Below, piece after piece: positions 1 to 11,332 of a stretch of DNA of 64,000 nucleotides. Position 1 is the first letter of the stretch. Every line of letters starts with the position of its first letter. Below the pieces are notes generated by a model. The model did no database searches. It was not told where the DNA came from and saw nothing but the letters and a program-made list of their open reading frames with translations. The translations under genes and the position numbers were made by a program. Source of the DNA: a bacterium (GTDB taxonomy: Bacteria > UBA8248); assembly GCA_965207065.1 (NCBI GenBank), contig OZ242260.1, forward strand, positions 992,001 to 1,056,000. The letters are read 5' to 3'.

Positions 1-1674
1 CGTGTTCTTGATTCGATGGATCTCGAGCGGGAGAAGGGAATCACCATCATGGCGAAAAACTGCGCCATTGATTTCAAGGGAATACGCTACAACATCGTGG
101 ACACGCCGGGCCATGCGGATTTCGGCGGCGAGGTGGAGCGCGTTCTATCCATGGTGGATGGTGTGATGCTTTTGGTAGACGCTTCGGAAGGCCCTCTGCC
201 GCAAACGCGGTTCGTGGTCACCAAAGCCCTGGAGCGAAAGCTCCCCTTCGTCGTGGTCATCAATAAAATCGACCGCCCGGACGCAAGACCAGAACAAGTT
301 CTTGACGAAATTTATGATCTGTTCATTGATCTGGATGCCGGAGAAACCCAGCTAGATTTTCCCGTACTCTACGCCATCGCCCGAGAGGGCAAGGCCGGCT
401 TCGAGCCCGATACTCTCTCTCCCACATTGGAATCCTTGTTCAATACACTTCAGGACACGATACCACCACCCACATACGACGCTGACAAACCACTTCAGAT
501 GCTCGTCTCCCGCCTCGAATACGACAATTATGTGGGCCGTCTTTCCATAGGCCGAATTTGGAATGGGCAACTCAATACAAAGACACAAACCTTGGTTTTA
601 GGGACAAATGGGAACCAGGTTAAAGGGGAGATCGCCTCTTTGTTCGGCTATGAAGGACTGAGCCGCTACAAGATAGAAGAAGCGCATGGAGGCGATATCG
701 TGGCCGTGGCCGGCTTGGAGCACGTTGAAATTGGAGACACCATTGCGGATGCAGACAACCCGGTTGCGTTGCCCGCCATTACCGTAGATGAGCCCACCAT
801 CGCCATGAATTTCAAGATTAACGATACTCCTCTGGCGGGTCGTAGCGGTAAATACCTCACCTCGCGCCAGATCAGAGAAAGGCTCTTGAGGGAAGCCAGA
901 AACAATGTGGCCATCAAAGTCGAGGAAACCAGTTCTGCGGATGCCTTGCGCGTGTCCGGACGCGGTTCTTTGCAACTCGCCGTACTGATCGAGCAACTCA
1001 GGCGCGAGAAATACGAACTCACCGTCGGCCGACCCGAAGTCATTACGCGCAAACAAGACGGTAAAATCATGGAGCCTATGGAAAACGTGGTGGTGGATAT
1101 ACCGGAAGAATTCATCGGGGCCATCACACAGAGCTTAGGCGCACGTAAGGGAAAAATGACCAAAATGATCAACCATGGCAAAGGACGTGCGCGGCTCGAG
1201 TTTTTCATTCCCAGTCGGGGTCTCATCGGATATCGTAACGATTTCCTCACCCAGACACGGGGAACGGGAATTCTCACCCATATTTTCGCCGGATGGAGTG
1301 AATGGGCGGGCGATCTTCCGGGCAGATCGACGGGCGCCTTGATATCAGACCGCGCGGGCAAAACCACATCATACGCGGTGGAAAACATCCAAGAGCGCGG
1401 AACCCTCTTCGTCGCGCCGACGGAAGAAGTCTATGCAGGAATGATCATCGGAGAGAACAGCCGAGACCAGGACATGTTCGTGAACATTTCGAAAGAGAAG
1501 AAACTCACCAACATTCGGGCCGCTCATGCCGACATATCCGCTCAACTCATACCGCCCAAGCGATTCAGCCTGGAAGAAGCGCTCGAATTTCTGCGCGAAG
1601 GCGAATGCCTGGAAGTAACCCCTGATATCTTCCGGTTGCGCAAAACGGAACTAAAGGCCAGAAAACACGCCTAA
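1..1674 (+). CDS. typA: Translational GTPase TypA/BipA, 5' end outside window
   Basis: Frame open from base 1 ([16 protein letters not shown]); [25 protein letters not shown] and C-terminal [10 protein letters not shown] motifs. Confidence 0.97.
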   Translation, partial: RVLDSMDLEREKGITIMAKNCAIDFKGIRYNIVDTPGHADFGGEVERVLSMVDGVMLLVDASEGPLPQTRFVVTKALERKLPFVVVINKIDRPDARPEQVLDEIYDLFIDLDAGETQLDFPVLYAIAREGKAGFEPDTLSPTLESLFNTLQDTIPPPTYDADKPLQMLVSRLEYDNYVGRLSIGRIWNGQLNTKTQTLVLGTNGNQVKGEIASLFGYEGLSRYKIEEAHGGDIVAVAGLEHVEIGDTIADADNPVALPAITVDEPTIAMNFKINDTPLAGRSGKYLTSRQIRERLLREARNNVAIKVEETSSADALRVSGRGSLQLAVLIEQLRREKYELTVGRPEVITRKQDGKIMEPMENVVVDIPEEFIGAITQSLGARKGKMTKMINHGKGRARLEFFIPSRGLIGYRNDFLTQTRGTGILTHIFAGWSEWAGDLPGRSTGALISDRAGKTTSYAVENIQERGTLFVAPTEEVYAGMIIGENSRDQDMFVNISKEKKLTNIRAAHADISAQLIPPKRFSLEEALEFLREGECLEVTPDIFRLRKTELKARKHA

Positions 1675-1678
1675 CGTT

Positions 1679-2176
1679 CTAGCCATCCAGAACCTTGTTC
1701 CACTCTGCAATCCTGTCTTTTTGCGCTGCAAGCAACTCGGAGGTGTCACCCTCGATCTCTATACTCTCGATTCCATCTCCCTGCTCAATCGCATCCACCA
1801 CATCCTGACCGGAAGTGACACGTCCAAAAACGGTATGATTGCCATCAAGCCAGGCGGTGGGCACATGGGTGATGAAAAACTGAGAACCGTTCGTACCCGG
1901 ACCTGCGTTCGCCATAGATAGAATACCGGGACCGTCATGGGGAAGATCGGGGGAGCACTCATCCTCGAACTGATAGCCGGGTCCACCCGTTCCAGCGCCC
2001 AATGGACAGCCTCCCTGAATCATGAAATCAGGGATCACACGGTGAAAATTAAGGCCATCATAAAAACCCCGCCTGGCGAGATTCACAAAGCTGGCCACCG
2101 TCACCGGGGTTTTGTCTTCATGCAAATCAAGCCGTATCTCACCCCGGCTCGTCGTTATTACTGCGGAAAGCGCCAT
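1679..2176 (-). CDS. Cyclophilin-type peptidyl-prolyl isomerase
   Basis: [41 protein letters not shown]. Confidence 0.95.
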   Translation of the reverse strand: MALSAVITTSRGEIRLDLHEDKTPVTVASFVNLARRGFYDGLNFHRVIPDFMIQGGCPLGAGTGGPGYQFEDECSPDLPHDGPGILSMANAGPGTNGSQFFITHVPTAWLDGNHTVFGRVTSGQDVVDAIEQGDGIESIEIEGDTSELLAAQKDRIAEWNKVLDG

Positions 2177-2265
2177 GAATTACTCCTTTGGAATATGAGT
2201 GAGCAAAGCTGAACCTCAAAGTCGACGGCGAAGCGTAGCAGAACCATCAAATCGGGTCTAAGGCT

Positions 2266-3276
2266 TTATAAAAATTTCAGCTCGAAAACCTCGGCCAAAA
2301 GCTCATAGGATTTCACCCTGGCCTCGAAGCTGTGCATCACGTTCACGATGACGAATTCCTCGACTTTGTGATCGGAAGCCAGGGTCTCGAGCCTATTCTT
2401 GACCTGCTCCGGATCTCCAGCGATGGTTCTGCTGTTGATATCCTCAGCGAAGGCGCGCTCCATGTTCGTCCACGGATAGGCGAGCGCCTCCTCGGGTGTG
2501 GGCACACCGCCTCCCTCTCCTCGGCGGCTTCTGAGCATTACCAGAGGCCTGCTGGCCGCATGGTAGAGCGCTTCGTCTTCGGTGGGCGCGCAAATCACAA
2601 ATACAGCGAGACTTCCCACAGGCTCTTTGCATTTGGCTGATGGGCGAAAATCTTTCCGGTACATATCCATCACCTGAACGCTGCCGTATGTGTTAATGAA
2701 ATGCGCGAAAGAAAATGCGCAACCAAAATGAGCGGCGAGAATCGCGCTTTGGTCCGATGTCCCCAGGAGCCACATTTCGGGCGCCGTCTTTCCAGTGGGC
2801 ATTGCGCTTATTCGGACGAAGGGGTGATCCTCCGGTAATGACCCTTCAACCCAACCCCGAAGGTCCGAGACCTTCTGCGGGAAATCGTCGTAACGAAAAC
2901 CACTTTGCTCAGGCGCCAAAGCGGCAGACGTGAGCCTGTCGGCTCCGGGGGCGCGGCCCAAGCCCAAATCGATGCGGCCCGGGTAGAGGGTTTCCAGCAC
3001 CCGGAACGATTCGGCCACTTTGAGCGCGCTGTAGTGACTGAGCATGACCCCGCCCGATCCCACGCGAATCGTCTCCGTCGTCGCGGCGATCTGGCCGATC
3101 AAAACTTCGGGCGACGTGCCCGCGAAAGCCCCGTGGCTGTGATGTTCCGCCAGCCAGTAACGATGATAGCCCAATCGCTCAGCGGCTTGCGCCAACTGGA
3201 CGGTCTCACTGATGGCGTCCGCCGCTGTTCCCCCCGAACGGATGGGAGATTGATCCAAAACACTTAAACGAATCAT
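2266..3276 (-). CDS. Luciferase-like (LLM class) flavin-dependent monooxygenase
   Basis: LSVLDQSP, RYWLAEHH, GSGGVML, IDLGLGRAPG. Confidence 0.92.
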   Translation of the reverse strand: MIRLSVLDQSPIRSGGTAADAISETVQLAQAAERLGYHRYWLAEHHSHGAFAGTSPEVLIGQIAATTETIRVGSGGVMLSHYSALKVAESFRVLETLYPGRIDLGLGRAPGADRLTSAALAPEQSGFRYDDFPQKVSDLRGWVEGSLPEDHPFVRISAMPTGKTAPEMWLLGTSDQSAILAAHFGCAFSFAHFINTYGSVQVMDMYRKDFRPSAKCKEPVGSLAVFVICAPTEDEALYHAASRPLVMLRSRRGEGGGVPTPEEALAYPWTNMERAFAEDINSRTIAGDPEQVKNRLETLASDHKVEEFVIVNVMHSFEARVKSYELLAEVFELKFL

Positions 3277-3316
3277 CTATTCGAGAACCACTTGAAAGGA
3301 GAATTTGGGGGATATT

Positions 3317-3964
3317 TTATTTTTGAATCGGTTTTACCTGAATATATTCTTCAAGATGAATCACACCCTTTGTTCCGCGAATGATCTGCAGAACCAAGGT
3401 TTTTTCGAATTCCGTTCTCGCCCGGCCGATGATATAAACCTTGTTTCGCACGGACTGCCAGCGGTAATTCACGGAATTTACTCCCTGTGTCGCTAATAAC
3501 TGGCCCTTGAGCTTCGCTTCTATCCACGCATCGCTGGCGATTCGGCTGACCTTGACGATATCGCGTTCCACGGCTGGTTGCGTCTTCGCCACCTCGCGAT
3601 TACGCTTCACCTCGGCCGGAGAACCCAGAAGGATATGATCGTAAACGGCTTTTATTCTGGAATCGCCACGCAAAATACTCAAAACAGCCTCTCGTTTTTT
3701 CTCTGAATCCACTAAGCCGGTCAGCAACACCCTTCCTTCCCACACGTCCGTATTCACATCGACAGGCAAACCACTATCCACACGCAGATACTCTTGCAAT
3801 AAATTCGCATGTATTTTCGCATCTTCCAACTGCCGGTCTAGGGAGCGGTCCTCAAAGGCGCTCTTTATTCCTTTTTGAGCGAAAATAATCGCTCCGGGCA
3901 CACATCCATTCACCCATAAAGGCAGAAAAGCGATGATGAAGATGAACCTGGTGAATTTACTCAC
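3317..3964 (-). CDS. Dual BON-domain lipoprotein (DolP/OsmY-like)
   Basis: Lipobox-like VNGC after a hydrophobic segment; GRVLLTGLV and DAWIEAKLK BON motifs. Confidence 0.8.
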   Translation of the reverse strand: MSKFTRFIFIIAFLPLWVNGCVPGAIIFAQKGIKSAFEDRSLDRQLEDAKIHANLLQEYLRVDSGLPVDVNTDVWEGRVLLTGLVDSEKKREAVLSILRGDSRIKAVYDHILLGSPAEVKRNREVAKTQPAVERDIVKVSRIASDAWIEAKLKGQLLATQGVNSVNYRWQSVRNKVYIIGRARTEFEKTLVLQIIRGTKGVIHLEEYIQVKPIQK

Positions 3965-4195
3965 GAGTTCCCCTGGAAGGCGAAGTGGAACAAAACACTC
4001 CCTATTTTGCCTTTTGACTGGTGAGGAGGCAACTGTAACTATAATGAATACCTCGTAACGATCTTATGTCTTAATCGACGATGTTCCGCTGTTTCGATTG
4101 CAATGCCCTTTGAGAAAACGCATCATGTGTCCATTCATGAATCAATCGCCACACTATCCAATGTTCATAAGGCACTTCTTCGCTCAGGAGAAAAA

Positions 4196-4396
4196 ATGTC
4201 AATTTCAGATGATTCGCTAAAATCTCGATGTGACGATGTATTTGGAGACCCCCTCGACTCCGATCGACGCGCCGTCATCATCGCCACAATAGAAAATATG
4301 GAGAAAGGGCATCCACGATTACGGGAGCAACTTTCTCCAAAAACAGAACCTGGCGGACACGCCAGATTCCTGGGCTCCCTTGCGAGGGAGAAATAA
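4196..4396 (+). CDS. Small 66-aa hypothetical protein, possible amidase partner subunit
   Basis: AGGAG RBS before ATG 4196; stop lies 1 nt before the amidase TTG. Confidence 0.6.
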   Translation: MSISDDSLKSRCDDVFGDPLDSDRRAVIIATIENMEKGHPRLREQLSPKTEPGGHARFLGSLAREK

Positions 4397-4397
4397 A

Positions 4398-5810
4398 TTG
4401 ACGAACGACCTCACGAAACTTACCGCTGCGGAAATCGTCGCACAAATCAAAGAAAAGAGTATCAGCGCCGTCGAAGTCACCGAGGTGCATCTGGAACGCT
4501 CGGAGAAAATCGGGGCGGCTCTGAATTCCTGGATCAAGCTCGATCCAGAGGGCGCACTGAAGACGGCGCGGGATGTGGACGCCGCCATCGCCCGAGGCGA
4601 GGACCCGGGGTCCATGGCCGGTGCGCCGATAGGCCTGAAAGACTTGATCGACATGGAAGGTCTGCCCACTACGGCGGGCAGCATTATCGACAAAGATAAA
4701 ATTGCGGACGAGGATGCCCTGCTAGCCCAAAAGATACGCCAGGCCGGCGGCGTGATCCTCGGAAAACTCAACCTGCATGAATTCGCCTTCGGCCCCACCG
4801 GGCACAACCCCCATTACGGGGATCAGAAAAATCCCTGGGATTCCAAGCGAGTCACGGGCGGGTCGAGTGGCGGTTCGGGCAACAGCGTGGCGACGGGTCA
4901 GGTTTCCATCGCCATTGGTTCCGATACAGGTGGGTCTATCCGGATTCCCGCATCCTTGTGCGGGGTCATCGGACACAAACCCACGCATGGGCTTGTCACG
5001 AAATCGAACTGCGCGCCGCTATCGTGGTCGCTCGATTCTTTCGGCCCATTGGCCCGATCTGCCCAGGATTGCGCGATCATGATGTCAGCCATTGCCGGAC
5101 ACGACCCGGCTGACGCTTCATCCACCGTCGGTAATCCCCCCGATTTCATGGGCGCGCTGAATAAACCCATCGAAGAATTCCGCATCGGTCTTGCGCGTGA
5201 ATACTATGAACAACGCTCGGAACCACCGGTGGCGGAAGCGGTGAACAATCTCGCCAAGGCGATTCAGGAACTGGGGGCAGAGGTCGTCGAAATCCAAATA
5301 CCCGATGTTGAAACCGCATTTCATGCGGCTGCCGTGCTGATGGTATCCGAAGCTGCGGCCGTACATGAGAACAACATACGAAACCATGCGCAAGATTTTG
5401 ACCCAGCGGTCCTCGAGAGAATCAGACCCGGTTTTTTCATCCCCGCTACATCGTATATCCAGGCGCTTCGATTCAGGGAACAGTGGACGAAACGCATCTG
5501 CAGGGAAGTTTACGGTGAGGTAGACCTCGTTCTCTCCGCAGCCACGCCGATTCCCGCCGCTTTGCGTTCTCAATCCACCGGAACGGTTCGGGGGAAGGAA
5601 GTCGAAATTCGAACTCTCATGATTTCCTTGACGAGGCTTTGGAATTTCCTTGGCGGGCCGTCTACGGCATTTCCTTCAGGCATGAGCAAGGAGGGCCTGC
5701 CGCTTGGAGCGCAAATCATGGGCGCGCCTTTTACGGATCACCATACGCTGGCGTTTGTGCATCAACTGGAAATAAATAGTGTGGTGAAAGTCGAAAAACC
5801 ACCTCTCTAG
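4398..5810 (+). CDS. Amidase-signature family enzyme (not GatA)
   Basis: GLKD Lys, GGSSGGS and GSDTGGSIRIPA triad motifs; GGAG RBS before TTG 4398. Confidence 0.92.
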   Translation: MTNDLTKLTAAEIVAQIKEKSISAVEVTEVHLERSEKIGAALNSWIKLDPEGALKTARDVDAAIARGEDPGSMAGAPIGLKDLIDMEGLPTTAGSIIDKDKIADEDALLAQKIRQAGGVILGKLNLHEFAFGPTGHNPHYGDQKNPWDSKRVTGGSSGGSGNSVATGQVSIAIGSDTGGSIRIPASLCGVIGHKPTHGLVTKSNCAPLSWSLDSFGPLARSAQDCAIMMSAIAGHDPADASSTVGNPPDFMGALNKPIEEFRIGLAREYYEQRSEPPVAEAVNNLAKAIQELGAEVVEIQIPDVETAFHAAAVLMVSEAAAVHENNIRNHAQDFDPAVLERIRPGFFIPATSYIQALRFREQWTKRICREVYGEVDLVLSAATPIPAALRSQSTGTVRGKEVEIRTLMISLTRLWNFLGGPSTAFPSGMSKEGLPLGAQIMGAPFTDHHTLAFVHQLEINSVVKVEKPPL

Positions 5811-5824
5811 CGTGGAATGCCTGA

Positions 5825-7081
5825 CTACTCCGGCCTGGCTCCATCCGGACCCATCGGAAATTTCTCGCAAAGAGACCTGACGTCTTCCCTCACCGAGGCG
5901 ATGCGGGCTTCATCCTTAATGTCGGCCAGCACGTCGGCAATCCAGCCGCCCACGACTTTCATCTCGGCCTCTTTCATGTGGCGGGACGTCAACGCGGGCG
6001 TCCCTACACGTATTCCGCTCGTGAACGCCGGCTTTCTTGTATCGAAAGGAATCGCATTTTTGTTCACCGTGATTCCAGCCAGCCCCAAGGCGGCCTCCGC
6101 CTTTTTGCCGCTGAAACCGGCTTCGCGCAGATCCAGGAGAATCAGGTGGTTATCCGTGCCGCCCGAGACAAGGTGAACACCACGTTGTAGAAGCGCGTCC
6201 GCGAGCGCCTTGGCGTTTTTCACGATCTGCGCCGAATAGTCCTTGAATTCGGGCGTGCTCGCCTCCTTGAACGCTACCGCCTTGGCCGCGACGACGTGCA
6301 TCAAAGGCCCGCCTTGGAGCCCGGGAAATACGGCCTTGTTCATCCCAGCGGCGTAATCCTCGTCGCATAGAATCATACCGCCGCGAGGACCCCTGAGCGT
6401 CTTGTGCGTCGTGGTAGTGACGATGTGCGCGTGGCCAGCGGGACTTGGATGCGCGCCGCCGGCGATGAGACCCGCGACGTGGGCGATATCCGCCATCACC
6501 ACGGCGCCCACCTCATCTGCAATCTCTCTGAAGCGCGCATAATCAATCGAGCGGGGATACGCGCTCGCCCCCACGACGATGATTTTGGGTCGGTGTTCCT
6601 TTGCCTGGCTTTCCACTTCATCGAAATCAATTACGTGGTTTTCGGGATCAACCCCATAAGCGACCACCTTGAACCAACGACCCGAGAAGGTGACGGGGTG
6701 CCCGTGGGTGAGGTGGCCCCCGTGAGATAGATTCATTCCCAAAAGCGTATCACCTGGTTCCAGCAAACCGTAATACACAGCGGCATTCGCCTGGGCGCCG
6801 CTGTGCGGCTGCACGGAAGCGTGATCCATGCCGAAAAGAGATTTCGCCCGTTCGATGGCGAGCGATTCGGCAACGTCTACAAATTGACACCCGCCATAAT
6901 AGCGCCTTCCCGGAAATCCTTCCGCATATTTGTTCGTCATCACGCCGCCCACCGCTTCCATCACCGCTTCGCTCACGTAGTTCTCCGAAGCAATGAGCTC
7001 GAGCTCATCGGCCTGGCGATTTTTTTCATCTTCCATGGCGGCGAAAATATCAGGATCTTTCAGCGCAAGTGCCGACGACAT
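5825..7081 (-). CDS. glyA: Serine hydroxymethyltransferase
   Basis: [41 protein letters not shown] before ATG 7081. Confidence 0.98.
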   Translation of the reverse strand: MSSALALKDPDIFAAMEDEKNRQADELELIASENYVSEAVMEAVGGVMTNKYAEGFPGRRYYGGCQFVDVAESLAIERAKSLFGMDHASVQPHSGAQANAAVYYGLLEPGDTLLGMNLSHGGHLTHGHPVTFSGRWFKVVAYGVDPENHVIDFDEVESQAKEHRPKIIVVGASAYPRSIDYARFREIADEVGAVVMADIAHVAGLIAGGAHPSPAGHAHIVTTTTHKTLRGPRGGMILCDEDYAAGMNKAVFPGLQGGPLMHVVAAKAVAFKEASTPEFKDYSAQIVKNAKALADALLQRGVHLVSGGTDNHLILLDLREAGFSGKKAEAALGLAGITVNKNAIPFDTRKPAFTSGIRVGTPALTSRHMKEAEMKVVGGWIADVLADIKDEARIASVREDVRSLCEKFPMGPDGARPE

Positions 7082-7250
7082 CGATGGGACCTCCAGATTT
7101 TTTTCAGGCGTGGGGAATGGTGCGGAACTTCCCGGGCGGGTCGAAGCTAACAAACCGAATCAGGAGCGTCAATCCCGAATGCCAAATGTACCATCATGAC
7201 GTAAGAGTTATAATGAAATTCTTAACCTTCACCCTGAAAAGGATTTCATC

Positions 7251-7715
7251 ATGGCGAATGAAACCGATGATTTACTCGATATCACCTCAGAAGGTATTCC
7301 CAGAACGTCGCTTCCGTCCGAGCCGGAGGAACTCGGCGCGTTAGATTCGCTTTGCGACGCCATTTTGTCGAGCAATGAAAGCCAAGTGCCGGCCATGGAT
7401 GAGTTGAAAAATCTGGTGGCGCGCCACCCGGAAGCCTTGTCCGGCTGGGTGGCCATGGGGCGAATCGCAATCGCAAACGGAGAGACGACCAGCGCATACG
7501 CCTTCTTTCGGGTCGCCTATCACAGGGGGCTGGACAAGGCCCGCGCCTCGGGCTGGCGCGGCGATGGGCGTATCCCCTGGGAAATCCCCGCCAATCAACC
7601 GTTTTTGCGCGCCATTCATGGCTTGGCGCAATGCGCCGACGCCATTGGAGAATCCGCCGAAGCGAAACGCTGCGCTGAATTCTTAGGAATGCTCGACCCG
7701 AATCATCCGTTTTGA
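7251..7715 (+). CDS. DUF3151-like protein
   Basis: AYAFFRVAYHRGLD..R.SGWRG.G.IPW...NQPFLRA pattern matches DUF3151 as I recall it. Confidence 0.7.
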   Translation: MANETDDLLDITSEGIPRTSLPSEPEELGALDSLCDAILSSNESQVPAMDELKNLVARHPEALSGWVAMGRIAIANGETTSAYAFFRVAYHRGLDKARASGWRGDGRIPWEIPANQPFLRAIHGLAQCADAIGESAEAKRCAEFLGMLDPNHPF

Positions 7716-7764
7716 CGAGAAGATTATTAGGAAAACAGATCTGTTATCAGATTCCGCTGCCCGC

Positions 7765-8091
7765 TCATCCCCCCATGTATTGCCCCATCAAGAGGACGAG
7801 GTCGCCCTCTTTCATCTCGGAATCGAGCGTGTGGTGAATGCCCATGAGCGCATCGTTTACGGCAATCTCGAGATGCTCGGCCAACTCGCCGGTGCCGTTA
7901 TGCCAAAGCGCCTCATCCAGGGGTCTGTAGCGTCGGCTCATCTTTTTGAGGACGTCTCGAAGCGTGGCGCCTTTGGGGACTTCCACATCGAAAAACTTGC
8001 GCTCGTTTCCGTCACCGCCCACAAAAGTCGACGCCCAGGAGATGAACTCAAGTCGGACGCAGATTCCATTGACGCTTTTCGTCTCGTTCAT
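7765..8091 (-). CDS. MoaD/ThiS-family sulfur carrier
   Basis: Beta-grasp-size protein, IAVND motif, C-terminal GG; last gene of the AOR operon. Confidence 0.85.
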   Translation of the reverse strand: MNETKSVNGICVRLEFISWASTFVGGDGNERKFFDVEVPKGATLRDVLKKMSRRYRPLDEALWHNGTGELAEHLEIAVNDALMGIHHTLDSEMKEGDLVLLMGQYMGG

Positions 8092-8118
8092 AGCGTCATC
8101 TCCTGTCTCCAAGGTGAG

Positions 8119-10011
8119 TTATACGTTCGCACCCCATAGCGCCTCGGCGACATCTTCGAGATCGAGTTCACGTAAAAGCTCGGGCTTGGGGCGGCCCGTC
8201 TCCCTGTCGTAGCCGGCCGTCTCGTACCAGATGTCGAGCATTTTCTCCCATTGATCCATAATCGAAACGCCCGCAATCGGACCATCTACCGGTGTGGAAC
8301 CGTATCGCTTGGATGGTTTCTCGACCTCAGGCCCGATGCCGCAGCGCAAATTAAACGCACGCATCAAGGCGTTGATGCGCCGGCCGGTCTGCATCGCTTC
8401 ATCCTTGTCCACGTCCCATCCGGTAGCCGCCTGAATGGATCGGCACAATACGTCCATCGGCGCGCGCGTAGTGAACACACACGCTCCCAGAGAATCTTCA
8501 TACGCGCGACGTCCCCTGAGACCGCCCACATGCCTGGGCACCGCCTCCGCGTCCTGGGGGTGCACACGAGCGGGCTGGCCGTAATCCGTCGGGAACACCG
8601 GGGGAGCCGTATCCATCGTTCCACCCGAACCCGTGCACGTATCGATCATCTCCTCCCAGCGGGAGCGATGGTCGTGCCCTCTGGGAGAATTGCCGACTTC
8701 CGTATATATGGCGCAATCCTGCGCTTCGCCGCCGAGTTTCTCCGCAGCGAGCTTCGTTCCCTCTGCCAGGAGATCGCCCATGCCTTCGCGCTTACAGATC
8801 ATCTCGAGCAACCTGTTGGCTCCGTCGATATCGCCCCACTCCAGGCGGAAGCCCAGGTCCTGATCCGTGATATAGCCTTTTTGCTGGCATTCCATCACCC
8901 AGCCGCAAAGCCAGCCGAATTCGTTCACGTCCACACAGGCGCGATCGAGCTGGGTGTTCATCCAGGTGACCTGCTGCGGGTCCGTGGCGCCAATCGTCCA
9001 GCCCGCGCCCGACCAGCCCTCGTACTCGGGCTCATCCACTACCTGTCCCTTGTATGGACCGGAGGAGATGACCTGCATATGGCAATGGTGCATGCCGCAC
9101 GCGCTGCACTGATGACCCCTGTGATCGAAACCCTCGCGCAGGCCGTTGGCCTCCCATTGCTTCGTTTCGATTTCCTCGGGCCACACGTTCGTCGTGTAGT
9201 TTCGAATCGGGAGCGCGCCCATGCCTTGTAAGTTCCGCACGCCGCCCAGGGTGCCGTACAGATACAGCCCCTTGGTGGAGGGATCGGTCTGAAGACTGTG
9301 GGCGATATCGTCGGCCGCCGCGAAGAGCGCTTTGGGATGTGCGGCGGCGACTCCCTTGGTTCCGCGCTCGATAGCCACCGCCTTCACCTTTTTCTTGCCC
9401 ATGACGGTCCCGCAACCGTTCTTGCTCGCCACGTGGCCGTAATCGCCCTGTATGGCGGCGAAGCGCACGAGGTTCTCGCCCGCGGGCCCGATGCTGTAAA
9501 CACTCAAATTATGTCCGCTCAGATTCAGGGTCTTCTCGAGCGATTGCTGCGTCTCCCAGGTGTCCTGGCCCAGCAACTCAGAGGCATCGCGAAGCTCCAC
9601 CCCGTCATCCCGAATATGAAGATAAACCCAATCGGGCGATTCTCCCTGAAAGACGATAGCGTCATAACCGCAATACTTGATGTTCGCGCCGAAAAATCCG
9701 TTCGCCTGGGTGTTGGTCGCGCCGTTGGTCATCGCGCCCCTCGTCACCACGGTAAGTCCGCCCGTCCCCCAGACCGGCAGACCCGCCAGAGGGCCCGTGG
9801 CCAGAACCAATCGGTTTTCAGGATGATCCCAACTCACCTCGGGGGGCACTTCTTCCCAAAGAATCTTGGCGCCCAATCCCGCACCGCCCACCCATTTTCT
9901 GCGGTCGGCGACATCGAATTTCTCTCCCCAGGTCTTCCCGCTCGAGAGATCGACCCGGAGGATTTCTCCTGCGTATGCGTAATCAGTCAAGGCATCGACC
10001 CCCTTGTTCAT
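8119..10011 (-). CDS. Tungsten aldehyde:ferredoxin oxidoreductase family catalytic subunit
   Basis: ILRVDLS, GGAGLGAK, IGPAGENLVRFAAI, CSACGMHHC, EPEYE, GDLLAEG. Confidence 0.93.
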   Translation of the reverse strand: MNKGVDALTDYAYAGEILRVDLSSGKTWGEKFDVADRRKWVGGAGLGAKILWEEVPPEVSWDHPENRLVLATGPLAGLPVWGTGGLTVVTRGAMTNGATNTQANGFFGANIKYCGYDAIVFQGESPDWVYLHIRDDGVELRDASELLGQDTWETQQSLEKTLNLSGHNLSVYSIGPAGENLVRFAAIQGDYGHVASKNGCGTVMGKKKVKAVAIERGTKGVAAAHPKALFAAADDIAHSLQTDPSTKGLYLYGTLGGVRNLQGMGALPIRNYTTNVWPEEIETKQWEANGLREGFDHRGHQCSACGMHHCHMQVISSGPYKGQVVDEPEYEGWSGAGWTIGATDPQQVTWMNTQLDRACVDVNEFGWLCGWVMECQQKGYITDQDLGFRLEWGDIDGANRLLEMICKREGMGDLLAEGTKLAAEKLGGEAQDCAIYTEVGNSPRGHDHRSRWEEMIDTCTGSGGTMDTAPPVFPTDYGQPARVHPQDAEAVPRHVGGLRGRRAYEDSLGACVFTTRAPMDVLCRSIQAATGWDVDKDEAMQTGRRINALMRAFNLRCGIGPEVEKPSKRYGSTPVDGPIAGVSIMDQWEKMLDIWYETAGYDRETGRPKPELLRELDLEDVAEALWGANV

Positions 10012-11330
10012 GAAGCGATTGTGAGTTCATTCGACGACGCCGAAGGGCGTCCCAAAACGGTTTCCGGCAACAAGTCGCCCGCAGCGCCCGAAGCCAAAAA
10101 CGCGCGTTTCACGTCAAACGGGTTCTTGCGCAAATGCTCTTTCCACTCGGAGATGTCCACCCCCGTGTATACGAGGCCCTTGAGCATCCCCACGTCGTTC
10201 GTCGTCCAGATTTCCCGGGTTTTCCCCAGGATAATGGCGCCGGTCAGCCTCCCGCCATGGAACAATAGCTTTCTGTAGGCGGGACGCTCAGCCCGTACAG
10301 CCTCGAATACTTCGGCGTCGGCATCATCCCAGGCGCCGAAACTGGCGATCTCCATATCGAGAACGTCCACAATGTTCATGAGCAGACTGCCCTTGTACGC
10401 AACCTCCTGGCCTGCCATGTTGGCCGCCGCCACGCGGCCGTGCTGCATCGCGGTGGGTTCGATGGCGTGTACGACTCTATCACCCGTGACGGCGTCGGGG
10501 CCTTCCGCGATATCTCCCGCCGCGTAGATGTTCGCCACATTCGTGCGGCAATGCTCGTCCACAAGAATTCCCTGGTTTGTCTCGAGACCGCTGTCCGTTA
10601 CCCAATCGATGTTGGGCTTTATACCCGTGGCCATGATAACCAGGTCGACCTCCAGATCGGGGCCTTCCTTGAATTTGAGTAGTTTCGATTCTCCTTTGTC
10701 CTCTATGGAGGTCACTTGCGTCGAGGTTCTCACTTCCACGCCTCGTTCGTTCAGCCAACTTTGAACGAGCCCGGCGCCCGTATCGTCTATCATGCGCGGC
10801 AGGATGCGCGATTCGAGTTCCACGACGGTGAGCTTCACTCCCTGATTCACCAGGGCGTTCAGAATCGTGAAGGCGATGAACCCCGCTCCGATCATCGCCA
10901 CGCGGGCGCCATCGCCCACGCCGGACGCAACGGCGCGCGCCTGAGGAAACGTCCAGAAGCTGTGCACGTTCTTCCCGTCCGCACCGGGTACGGGCGCTTT
11001 CACGGGAGAAGACCCCGTGGCGATCAAGAGATTATCGTATTCAACCTCGTCGCCCCCCTCGAGGATGAGCTTGTTGGCGGACGCGTCGATTCTCTCGGCA
11101 CGCGCACCAAGCCTCGCATCCACATTCAGCGCGGCGAGCTTGGGAGGAGAGGCAATGTAGACGTGAGATTCCGCGATATCTCTCGCAAGATAATAGGGCA
11201 ACACCATCCGTGAATACGGCGTCTCATCCGCGACGAGAATAATCTCGGAATCGCCTTTGTCCAATTCTCTTAGCGTGGTGATGGCGTTCCAACCGGCTGT
11301 TCCGCCGCCTACGATGACATGTCTGGCCAT
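10008..11330 (-). CDS. FAD/NAD(P)-dependent oxidoreductase (AorC-like)
   Basis: IVGGGTAG, PYSR, IATGS, IGAGFI, IYAAGD; stop overlaps the AOR start. Confidence 0.9.
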   Translation of the reverse strand: MARHVIVGGGTAGWNAITTLRELDKGDSEIILVADETPYSRMVLPYYLARDIAESHVYIASPPKLAALNVDARLGARAERIDASANKLILEGGDEVEYDNLLIATGSSPVKAPVPGADGKNVHSFWTFPQARAVASGVGDGARVAMIGAGFIAFTILNALVNQGVKLTVVELESRILPRMIDDTGAGLVQSWLNERGVEVRTSTQVTSIEDKGESKLLKFKEGPDLEVDLVIMATGIKPNIDWVTDSGLETNQGILVDEHCRTNVANIYAAGDIAEGPDAVTGDRVVHAIEPTAMQHGRVAAANMAGQEVAYKGSLLMNIVDVLDMEIASFGAWDDADAEVFEAVRAERPAYRKLLFHGGRLTGAIILGKTREIWTTNDVGMLKGLVYTGVDISEWKEHLRKNPFDVKRAFLASGAAGDLLPETVLGRPSASSNELTIAS

Positions 11331-11332
11331 AA

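Noticed and set aside
4398-5810. Calling the amidase gatA
   Set aside because: Lacks the GatA SNLARYDG-type segment, and no gatB is adjacent
7082-7250. ZTP, glycine or THF riboswitch upstream of glyA
   Set aside because: I could not match the conserved aptamer motifs by eye; an Rfam scan would decide
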